Below are positions 40,696-48,200 of a stretch of DNA of 64,000 nucleotides, in pieces. The stretch is from Candidatus Nomurabacteria bacterium (GTDB taxonomy: Bacteria; Patescibacteriota; Minisyncoccia; Phycocordibacterales; UBA1006). Under the pieces are notes generated by a model. That model made no database searches. It saw only the letters and a list, made by a program, of their open reading frames with translations, and was not told the origin of the DNA. The position numbers and the translations under genes were made by a program. Each line of letters opens with the position of its first letter. The first letter of the stretch is position 1. Location of the stretch: assembly GCA_020632195.1 (NCBI GenBank), contig JACKGA010000002.1, positions 2,896 through 66,895 of the forward strand, in the 5' to 3' direction.

Positions 40696-41136
40696 CCCTC
40701 TACATATTCGTCTGCTATTTTTCGCACTTCGGGTGGCAATTCCGCTTGTCCTATACTGCGTGCTTTTTCTAAAGCACCACGATTTAATTTAATAACAAAT
40801 GTTGGTTTTTGGGGATAGATAAAAAACATCATGAGTGCCACCATGTCCGACTCTTTGCAGCTGACTGAAATCAATAAATCCTTCCTTGTTTGGCAATTCA
40901 CTTATAAAGGATTGAATTTTTGTATCTTCACTTTCTATGCCGAGCCGTTCTCTAATCTCCTCAATCTTATTTTGATCATCAATTTTTCTTTGGATAGTTT
41001 CTATTTGCTTTGCGTTATCTGTGCCCACCTCTTGTTGTGACTGACCTGAAACTATTTCGGCTTGCGGTATTTCCGTGGCTTTCTTTTCTTCTTCCGGATT
41101 TTTTGGTTGCATAAATTTTGCTTCAAAATTTTTCAT
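40692..41136 (-). pseudogene. Frameshifted hypothetical gene (two overlapping ORFs joined at a T6 run)
   Basis: ORFs 40789-41136 and 40692-40901 become one reading frame (...VGHGGTHDVF|IYPQKPTFVIKLNRGAL...) if one T is removed from the T6 run (plus-strand A6 at 40821-40826). Confidence 0.5.
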
Positions 41137-41355
41137 AAAAAATATTTCATTAAATCATCAATTGAAACATCTAACCCTTTGGCAATTTTTGCCATAGTTT
41201 CAATAAGTCGGGTTAGGTGTTGCCCCGGACTCAACTTTGATAATCACATTGTAAGCAATATCGGCAAGCTTAGAGAGTTTATCCTGCGAAATACCGAGTT
41301 TTTCTCTGTATTTCTTTATATTCTTTGCAATTGTTGGTAATTCTTTTGACTTCAT
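41133..41355 (-). pseudogene. XRE-family helix-turn-helix regulator, frameshifted
   Basis: MKSKELPTIAKNIKKYREKLGISQDKLSKLADIAYNVIIKVESGATPNPT then a premature TGA (41200-41202). A shift of one base restores IETMAKIAKGLDVSIDDLMKYFL, ending in an ATGA overlap with the next gene. The span is 223 nt, which is 3n+1. Confidence 0.6.
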
Positions 41356-41442
41356 AGTATAATTATACTAGTATAGATAGTGGGATAAGTTTTACTACTA
41401 TAACTTTACCAAATAAAATGAATTTAATCAAACAAAATTTGG

Positions 41443-41784
41443 AGGCGACGCATTTTGAAAAACAAAATTCAAAATTCGTTTTTGAAAAAAGGGTTCCGAA
41501 ACCCGCCCGCATTCCTCCCCAGACCCCTCCTGCGGGCGGGAAATCAGCCGAGGCAGGGCGAATCCGAAACCCCAGACAAATTGTTTCGCCCTGCCGAGTC
41601 CTTTTTAGTAGTTTTAATCATTTGGATTTTGCTCGAAATAGTTTCGAACTTTGTCCAACAAACACCGCCAAAATTGAAAATCGGAATCGGAAGCAAAAAT
41701 GCGGTCGGCGCGAAGCGCCGTCTGTTCTGAATTCCCCCCAAAAAATCCTGAATCTGAAAGGGTTCGCCACGCTCCGCGTGGCTC
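41443..41784 (+). repeat. Central uninterrupted X+Y module (attP-like), 342 bp, immediately upstream of the recombinase ATG
   Basis: 41443-41668 is the inverted copy of 39718-39943. 41665-41784 is the inverted copy of 43184-43303. The two overlap on CCGC at 41665-41668. Confidence 0.9.
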
Positions 41785-41803
41785 CTCGTTTGTCAATACA
41801 ATT

Positions 41804-43327
41804 ATGAATAATCAAACCAAAAAGTTTTTCATATATACTCGCAAGTCAACGGACGACAAAGACAGACAAGTCCGCAGTATTTCTGACCAACTAGCGGAAT
41901 TGAAAAGTTTAGCATTGAAAGAACAACTGGAAGTAGTGGATGTCTTTGTCGAAAAGCAGACCGCCAAAATACCAGGTCGTCCGGTGTTTGGTGAAATGAT
42001 AGAGCGAATGGAGAAAGGCGAAGCGTCTGGTATTTTGGCGTGGCATCCCGATAGACTTGCGAGAAATAGCGTTGATGGTGGAAAAATTATTTATCTTGTT
42101 GATACTGGCGTAATTTCAGAAATGAAATTTCCAACTTTTTGGTTTGATCCGACACCGCAAGGCAAATTCATGCTCTCAATCGCTTTTTCGCAATCCAAGT
42201 ATTATGTAGACAATTTGAGCGAGAATATTAAGCGCGGACATAGGAACAAAGTGAAGGAAGGAATATGGCCTCAAATGGCTCCGCTTGGATATGTGAACAA
42301 AAATAGACGAATTGTGCCTGATGAAAATATCGCACCTTTAATCAAGAAAGCATTTGAGGCATATTCGTCTGGGTCTTTCACTTTGCGCCAACTCCGCGAC
42401 AAATTTAATGTACTTGGATTGAAGCGAAAAAGCGGCAGAGAGCTTGCGGTGTCGAATTATCAAAAACTTCTCAAAAATCCCATTTACACAGGTTTAATGC
42501 TTTACAATGGTGAGATTTTTGAGGGTAAGCACGAACCGATTATTTCAAAGAAACTTTTTGATTCCGTTCAAGAAGTGATGATGAGGAAATCTAAACCAAA
42601 GTCGCGAGGATTGAAACCATTTTTGTATAGAGGATTTTTCCGTTGTGGCGAGTGTGGGTGCTTCATCACCACCGAAACACAAAAAGGTCATAATTATCTC
42701 CGCTGTACCAAACGGAAAAATCCTTGTTCGCAAAAATATACTCGTGAGGAAATCATCACTTCCGAAATTCAAAAGGAAATCAAAAAAGTTTCTTTGCCAG
42801 ACGACTGGGCTTCTTGGATGTTGTCGGAAAATGAAAAAGATAAAATGGTGGAAGCCCAATCGTCTACGCTTTTTGCAGACAAAACAAAAGCCGATATTTC
42901 TCTCTTGAATTCTAAAATTGAGAAGCTGATGAATGCTTATCTCGAAAGTGCTCTCTCGCTAGACGAGTATCGAGATATGAAAAACAAACTTGTGAACGAA
43001 AAACAGCTTCTCAAAGAGAAATTATCGGCTTTTGAGCAAAAAGCGAATAATCGGTTCGAACTTACCGAAAAGTTTTTGAAAGACAATATAGAATTGGCAA
43101 ACGAGGGAATAAATGAAGAGAAACTTCATTTATTCAAAAAAGTCGGTTCGAACTTTCAAATTAAGGATCGAACCGTACTTTTTGAGCCACGCGGAGCGTG
43201 GCGAACCCTTTCAGATTCAGGATTTTTTGGGGGGAATTCAGAACAGACGGCGCTTCGCGCCGACCGCATTTTTGCTTCCGATTCCGATTTTCAATTTTGG
43301 CGGAGAGTAAGGGATTCGAACCCTTGA
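41804..43327 (+). CDS. Large serine recombinase (resolvase/invertase catalytic domain + recombinase domain + zinc-ribbon + coiled coil)
   Basis: FFIYTRKSTDDKDRQVRSISDQ (catalytic Ser context), AWHPDRLARN, GECGCFITTETQKGHNYLRCTKRK zinc ribbon, and a long coiled-coil C-terminus. The ATG at 41804 is chosen. The track ORF start at 41699 lies in the repeat. Confidence 0.88.
   Translation: MNNQTKKFFIYTRKSTDDKDRQVRSISDQLAELKSLALKEQLEVVDVFVEKQTAKIPGRPVFGEMIERMEKGEASGILAWHPDRLARNSVDGGKIIYLVDTGVISEMKFPTFWFDPTPQGKFMLSIAFSQSKYYVDNLSENIKRGHRNKVKEGIWPQMAPLGYVNKNRRIVPDENIAPLIKKAFEAYSSGSFTLRQLRDKFNVLGLKRKSGRELAVSNYQKLLKNPIYTGLMLYNGEIFEGKHEPIISKKLFDSVQEVMMRKSKPKSRGLKPFLYRGFFRCGECGCFITTETQKGHNYLRCTKRKNPCSQKYTREEIITSEIQKEIKKVSLPDDWASWMLSENEKDKMVEAQSSTLFADKTKADISLLNSKIEKLMNAYLESALSLDEYRDMKNKLVNEKQLLKEKLSAFEQKANNRFELTEKFLKDNIELANEGINEEKLHLFKKVGSNFQIKDRTVLFEPRGAWRTLSDSGFFGGNSEQTALRADRIFASDSDFQFWRRVRDSNP
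43184..43303 (-). repeat. Inverted repeat Y, right copy (120 bp; partner 41665-41784)
   Basis: The reverse complement is identical by eye to 41665-41784. It forms the last ~40 codons of the recombinase ORF and ends in the tRNA-Ser CCA/discriminator. Confidence 0.9.
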
Positions 43328-43387
43328 AGCTTTTTACAGCTTACTTCGTTAGCAGTGAAGCGCTTTCGACCACTCAGCCAACTCTCC
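43298..43387 (-). tRNA. tRNA-Ser (GCU), long variable arm, CCA present
   Basis: Minus strand GGAGAGUUGGCUGAGUGGUCGAAAGCGCUUCACUGCUAACGAAGUAAGCUGUAAAAAGCUUCAAGGGUUCGAAUCCCUUACUCUCCGCCA. Acceptor GGAGAGU/ACUCUCC, anticodon loop CUGCUAA. Confidence 0.88.
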
Positions 43388-43415
43388 GATGCAATGGAGC
43401 ATACTATAAAAATTC

Positions 43416-44162
43416 TTATTTTTCCAGGGGGAGCTGAATAGTAATGGTTGTTCCTTCTTTTGAGGTACTGGTAAAGGCAACTACCCCTTGGTGATCCTCG
43501 ACAATCTTCCTTACTGTAAAAAGACCCATTCCCGTACCAGGGGTTTGTGATGTCCGCGCAAGAGATCCGCGGGTATATTTTTCAAAAATAATCTCATGGT
43601 CGCCAGGACCCAGGGTAGTACCAGGATTATGTACTCGTACGACGATATATTTGTCTGTAAGTTCAAGAGCAACACTAATCATCTCTCCTTCGGGAGTATA
43701 TTTGATGGCATTTTCAATCATATGCTCCAAGACAATGGTCATTTTATTTTTATCTATCCTGATATGAGGCACTGTGCTTTTGGGGCGTTGAAATTTGATA
43801 GTCAAATTGCGTGCACGAGCCGCTGATAAAAATTGAGTCATCGTCTCTTCGATAAGCTCTTCTACATCACTCTCTTCAAAAGTATATTGAAACGTCCACA
43901 CTTGAGCTTTATTGGCACGAGAGAGTTCTTCGAGCAGGTCAACCATACGCTCATTACTCCGATACCCTTCACGCAAGATATGAAGCTGTTCTTCAGAAAA
44001 ATGTGCTAGGTCGCCATCGAGCAACATTTTGAGAGTCCACTTGGTGCCTGATAGTGGCGTGCGCAATTCGTGCACAATCATCGAGATAAACTCTTGCTGC
44101 TGCTTTTGGGCTTCTTCCAATTCTTTGAGCTGACTTTGTGTTGAGCGGTTATGATTCGTCAT
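43416..44162 (-). CDS. Cytoplasmic sensor histidine kinase (HisKA + HATPase_c only)
   Basis: H-box FISMIVHELRTPLSG, N-box IENAIKYT, G-boxes GTGMGL. No TM or sensor domain. Start set at the ATG at 44162. Confidence 0.8.
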   Translation of the reverse strand: MTNHNRSTQSQLKELEEAQKQQQEFISMIVHELRTPLSGTKWTLKMLLDGDLAHFSEEQLHILREGYRSNERMVDLLEELSRANKAQVWTFQYTFEESDVEELIEETMTQFLSAARARNLTIKFQRPKSTVPHIRIDKNKMTIVLEHMIENAIKYTPEGEMISVALELTDKYIVVRVHNPGTTLGPGDHEIIFEKYTRGSLARTSQTPGTGMGLFTVRKIVEDHQGVVAFTSTSKEGTTITIQLPLEK

Positions 44163-44272
44163 GTGTACAGTATACGCCCCAGGTGAAAGAAATACAAAAT
44201 AGGTGCTCACTCCAGAAGAAATACTGACTTCTTCTATTTACTGATGGAAGTATTCGATATATAATACCCCTT

Positions 44273-44647
44273 ATGAATACAGACCAAACAATTCTTATTA
44301 TCGAAGACGATGATTTTCTACGTAGCCTTGCGGTAACCAAATTAGAGAAAGAAGGCCTCACCGTTGATATTGCAATTGATGGTGTTGAGGGTTTGCGTAA
44401 AATCAATGAAACGCAACCTGCACTAATCTTGCTTGATCTGATGCTTCCCAATCTTGATGGCTTCGAGTTGATGCAGCGCCTCCAAGAAGCAGGAACACTC
44501 GGTCAATATAAAATTATTATTTTTTCAAACCTTGGATCAGAAGAAGATATCCGCCGGGCTCAGCAATACGGCGTTGAGGATTATCTGGTAAAATCAAGTT
44601 TTACCCTTGATGAACTTGTCGAAAAAATTAAAGAGTCTCTTTCATAA
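44273..44647 (+). CDS. Single-domain response regulator (CheY-like receiver)
   Basis: ILIIEDDD ... LILLDLMLPNLDG ... IIIFSNLG ... KS. 124 aa with no output domain. Divergent from the kinase. Confidence 0.85.
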   Translation: MNTDQTILIIEDDDFLRSLAVTKLEKEGLTVDIAIDGVEGLRKINETQPALILLDLMLPNLDGFELMQRLQEAGTLGQYKIIIFSNLGSEEDIRRAQQYGVEDYLVKSSFTLDELVEKIKESLS

Positions 44648-44662
44648 TCACGCTGTTGTTTT

Positions 44663-46882
44663 ATGACAGATCGTGGGCAAAACCTACTGGATCAACCGCT
44701 CTCGAGCGTGGTGCGTTGTGATGTAAAGAAAAAAACTGCGCTGAAACGCATCGGTATTATAACGGTGCGTGATCTTCTCTATTACTTCCCTGTTCGATAT
44801 ACGCATATCGGTACAACCAAGCTTATCAGTGAAGTAGAACACAATGAGCATGTCACCATCTATGGGCACATCACCAATCTCTCAATCAAAAAATCTTTCA
44901 AAAGTCGTGTCCCCATGAGCGAGGCAAAGCTTACTGACGTAGCCGGTACGAGTATCAAGGTGCTATGGTTTCATCAGCCCTATATTGCCAAAATGATTGA
45001 AAATGACTCGCTAGTGAAATTATCTGGGACTGTAAGTATAAAAAACGGGCGCAAAAGCTTGATGAATCCAGAAATTGAAAAAGTGGCTGATTTACCCATT
45101 GATGCTCATGATTCTCTTTTTCAAAATGAACAGGACAATGCAGCCGAAGTAGGCATGCCTCTCTATCGCGAGACACGTGGTGTGACAAGTAAGTGGATGT
45201 ATCATACGATTGCAAAAATTTTGAGCCATGCAGACTTTGAACGACTCGAAGATCCATTACCACAGTATATTCGCAACACCTATTCCCTCCCTGATATCAA
45301 AACTGCTCTTGTATGGATCCATATGCCACGCAAGCAATCCGATGCCGAAGCTGCAAAAAAACGCTTTGCTTTTGAAGAAATTTTTTTTGTGCAATTACAA
45401 GCACAACAATACCGTGCTACCTACGAACACATGTATAGCCACCAGATTCGGATCAATCACAACAAATTGGATGAATTTATTGGACGCTTTCCTTTTACTC
45501 TTACCGACAGCCAATCTGATGCTATTCAAAATATCGTGAATGATATCGAATCTGATAAGCCTATGTCCCGTCTGATCGAGGGTGATGTCGGTTCGGGGAA
45601 AACAGCTGTTGCTGCATCTGTCGCCTATGCGGTAGCCAGCCAATCGCCGGAGAAAAAGTCATTCGGGAATTTCCAGGTTGCCTATATGGCACCCACAGAG
45701 GTTCTCGCAACACAATTGTTCGAAAACTTCATCCAATACTTTGGACATACAGGAATGAGTGTGGCGCTCATGACAGGGTCGGGCTGTAGGAAGTACCCGA
45801 GCAAAGTAAATCCAAGCGGCTGGACTGATATCTCTAAAAATCAATTGAAGAAATGGATCGCCAATGGTGAGATCCCCATGGTTATCGGTACTCATGCTCT
45901 GATTTCAAAAAACCTCGCATTCAAAAATCTCGGGTTAGTTATTGTCGACGAACAGCACCGTTTTGGAACCAAACAACGCATGGAGCTTGCCCGCAAAGCT
46001 GGACACGCGCCACACTACCTCTCGATGACAGCGACGCCTATCCCACGCACGCTCGCACTCACGATCTATGGCGATCTGGATCTCACCATCATCGACCAGA
46101 TGCCATCGGGTCGTAAGCCAGTAATTACCAATGTGATTGACCCAATCAAACGTAAAAATGTATACGCCGATATCCGAGCCGAGCTCGAAAATGGCCGGCA
46201 ATTATATGTGATCTGTCCACGTATCTATTCGCCCAATGCCACACAACCATTAACCGAGGAATCCTGGCGCGAGCTCTCCCCTGCTAAACGAAAAGCGCTT
46301 CGATTAAAGTCAGTCGAAGACGAAGTAGAAAGATTACAAAAAGATATTTTTCCTGAATACCATATTGGGTCATTGCATAGTAAATTGAAAAAAGATGAAA
46401 AAGAAAAAGTCATGGAGCAATTTTCCAACCATGAGCTCGACATCTTGGTCGCGACCTCAGTGATCGAGGTGGGGGTCAACGTCCCCAATGCTACCATGAT
46501 TATTATCGAGGGAGCCGAACGATATGGACTGGCCCAGCTCCACCAATTGCGCGGCCGCGTGATCCGTGGGACGCACCAAGCATATTGCTATCTCTTTACC
46601 ACGGGCGACATGGCAGAAAGCACGAGCGAACGCCTAAGCGCATTCCTCAAAGCAAAAAATGGTTTTGAGTTGGCGGAATACGATCTGGCCTTGCGTGGCG
46701 CAGGGAGCCTGATTGGCAACAAGCAATGGGGTATCAGTGACCTCGCTATGGAGGCGCTCAAGAATCCAAAACTGGTCGAGTTCGCCCGCACTGAAGCAAA
46801 GAAAATTATCACCGAGGATCCAACACTGGAATCGTGGCCAGATCTGGAAACATATCTAAAACAAGGGGTGCATTTTGAATAG
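44663..46882 (+). CDS. recG: ATP-dependent DNA helicase RecG
   Basis: Wedge/OB N-terminus, helicase motif I GDVGSGKT, DEQHRFG, TATPIPRTL, QLHQLRGRVIRG. Confidence 0.9.
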   Translation: MTDRGQNLLDQPLSSVVRCDVKKKTALKRIGIITVRDLLYYFPVRYTHIGTTKLISEVEHNEHVTIYGHITNLSIKKSFKSRVPMSEAKLTDVAGTSIKVLWFHQPYIAKMIENDSLVKLSGTVSIKNGRKSLMNPEIEKVADLPIDAHDSLFQNEQDNAAEVGMPLYRETRGVTSKWMYHTIAKILSHADFERLEDPLPQYIRNTYSLPDIKTALVWIHMPRKQSDAEAAKKRFAFEEIFFVQLQAQQYRATYEHMYSHQIRINHNKLDEFIGRFPFTLTDSQSDAIQNIVNDIESDKPMSRLIEGDVGSGKTAVAASVAYAVASQSPEKKSFGNFQVAYMAPTEVLATQLFENFIQYFGHTGMSVALMTGSGCRKYPSKVNPSGWTDISKNQLKKWIANGEIPMVIGTHALISKNLAFKNLGLVIVDEQHRFGTKQRMELARKAGHAPHYLSMTATPIPRTLALTIYGDLDLTIIDQMPSGRKPVITNVIDPIKRKNVYADIRAELENGRQLYVICPRIYSPNATQPLTEESWRELSPAKRKALRLKSVEDEVERLQKDIFPEYHIGSLHSKLKKDEKEKVMEQFSNHELDILVATSVIEVGVNVPNATMIIIEGAERYGLAQLHQLRGRVIRGTHQAYCYLFTTGDMAESTSERLSAFLKAKNGFELAEYDLALRGAGSLIGNKQWGISDLAMEALKNPKLVEFARTEAKKIITEDPTLESWPDLETYLKQGVHFE

Positions 46883-46921
46883 TATTTCTTTGATATGTCC
46901 TACTCTATGAAAGAGAGTGAG

Positions 46922-46958
46922 AAAACCACCCCGAACCAAAAAGGTTTGGGGTGGTTTT
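46922..46958. terminator. Bidirectional terminator between convergent recG and a surface-protein gene
   Basis: AAAACCACCCCGAACC aaaaa GGTTTGGGGTGGTTTT. A near-identical hairpin recurs at 57877-57916. Confidence 0.75.
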
Positions 46959-46963
46959 AAAGA

Positions 46964-47830
46964 CTAAAATTGAACCCATGTGGTTCCATTATAGTATTCC
47001 ATCTGACTGAGGTCGGTGTTGTATCCTATTACACCCCCCGATACTGATGGCCGGCTTGGCGTGTCCCATCTAGGCATTTGAATCCCCTCTGGAGCAGATA
47101 TTACTACTTGACTACCAGAAAATGTTACACCATCAGATTGATCAGAATATCCAAAGAAGACCCCCTTGGAATCAAAAATATTAAAAGTCCCAAGAGTATT
47201 AACATATTTAGTGATTACTGTAGACCCATCATCATAAATAACATGATCCAAATACCCAACTGCAATTTCCATTGGTTCGTTAATATAATCAAAACACCCA
47301 AAGCCTTGTGTTGAGCTGGGGCCATCTGTCACAAGCCATTCTGTGTACGCACAATCACCACCATCCTGAAACTCAACCTCCCCCGTACTTGCATCGACGA
47401 GCGTGAGGACTTGACCGTTGTTGGCCCCTCCAGCTACCACGTCTGGGGTTGCAAAATTCAATGAAGAGTCTGATATTTCGATCCTCCCACCATCAGAAGC
47501 CATACCGACAAATCCTTCTGAGATATTAAATGTAGCAATTCCTTGTGAATCTTCCACTGTTAGAGATCCGCCATTTAAAAAAATTGATGTTGGATCAAAT
47601 AATATTCCCCCCAACTTCACATCACCACTCGTCCCGTCGATAGAGAGACCATTAGACGCAGAGACCCCGATATCTACATAACAATTACTATCTCCATGAT
47701 TACATGAAGGATCGAGTTCATCACCTGGTGCATAGGGTGTTGCTGGGTAGGCTGCAAATACCGTCATAGCTATAGTGAGGAGAGTGGTGATGGTAGCTAC
47801 GAGGATGTATTTGATGGATTGGGTTTTCAT
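46964..47830 (-). CDS. Secreted/surface protein, paralog of 57939-59396
   Basis: The N-terminus ...TTLLTIAMTVFAAYPATPYAPGDELDPSCNHGDSNCYV parallels ...TALLTTAMTVFAAPFTPGQTLDPGCNPGDVDCYV. Both share NGLS.DG.SGDV.LGG. Confidence 0.6.
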   Translation of the reverse strand: MKTQSIKYILVATITTLLTIAMTVFAAYPATPYAPGDELDPSCNHGDSNCYVDIGVSASNGLSIDGTSGDVKLGGILFDPTSIFLNGGSLTVEDSQGIATFNISEGFVGMASDGGRIEISDSSLNFATPDVVAGGANNGQVLTLVDASTGEVEFQDGGDCAYTEWLVTDGPSSTQGFGCFDYINEPMEIAVGYLDHVIYDDGSTVITKYVNTLGTFNIFDSKGVFFGYSDQSDGVTFSGSQVVISAPEGIQMPRWDTPSRPSVSGGVIGYNTDLSQMEYYNGTTWVQF

Positions 47831-47965
47831 AGAATGATGAAATGATGATTAGTTAAATGAGTGGTGTAATGGGATTATTATATCAATTGTGTGGGGGGGG
47901 TGGCAAGGGGTGATCTTCAAAAAGTGTTTGCATATTATAATATCATATGATAATGTCATACACAT

Positions 47966-48190
47966 ATGAGCACTATATCTGTACCCCTCACTCCCGAACT
48001 CGAAGAGTTTATCGAACAGCAATTACGCGAAAATAGGTTTAGCAACAAGGCTGAGCTGGTTCGTCGTGCATTATATGAGTTTTCTGAACAATTAGCGATT
48101 CGTGATGTGATCGAGGCTCAACAAGAAGCTCGATCAGGCGGTGGTATTGCCGGCGATCTCGAAACAATTATTGAAAGTATGATAGACTAA
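47966..48190 (+). CDS. parD: Type II antitoxin, ParD/RHH family
   Basis: 74 aa. ISVPLTPELEEFIEQQL...FSNKAELVRRAL is a ribbon-helix-helix ParD-like pattern. 10 nt upstream of the toxin gene. Confidence 0.7.
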   Translation: MSTISVPLTPELEEFIEQQLRENRFSNKAELVRRALYEFSEQLAIRDVIEAQQEARSGGGIAGDLETIIESMID

Positions 48191-48200
48191 AGAAGTATAT

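Larger units (their letters stand above)
39718..43303. mobile_element. About 3.6-kb integrated element at the tRNA-Ser 3' end, encoding a large serine recombinase, with long inverted repeats at both ends and in the middle
   Basis: The boundaries are set by where homology to the internal copy stops: core GCGG at 39718-39721 and 43300-43303. Adjacent intact tRNA-Ser. The recombinase gene abuts the tRNA. The native tRNA terminator is displaced to the far side. Confidence 0.7.

Noticed and set aside
41544-41815. Cluster of 60-129-aa ORFs on both strands (41418-41807, 41544-41741, 41614-41796, 41618-41815) and their mirror images at 43113-43437.
   Set aside because: They are translations of the X/Y inverted repeats and of the tRNA-Ser gene. 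They mirror each other only because the DNA is repeated. One of them (41614-41796) is informative only as the alternative recombinase tail.
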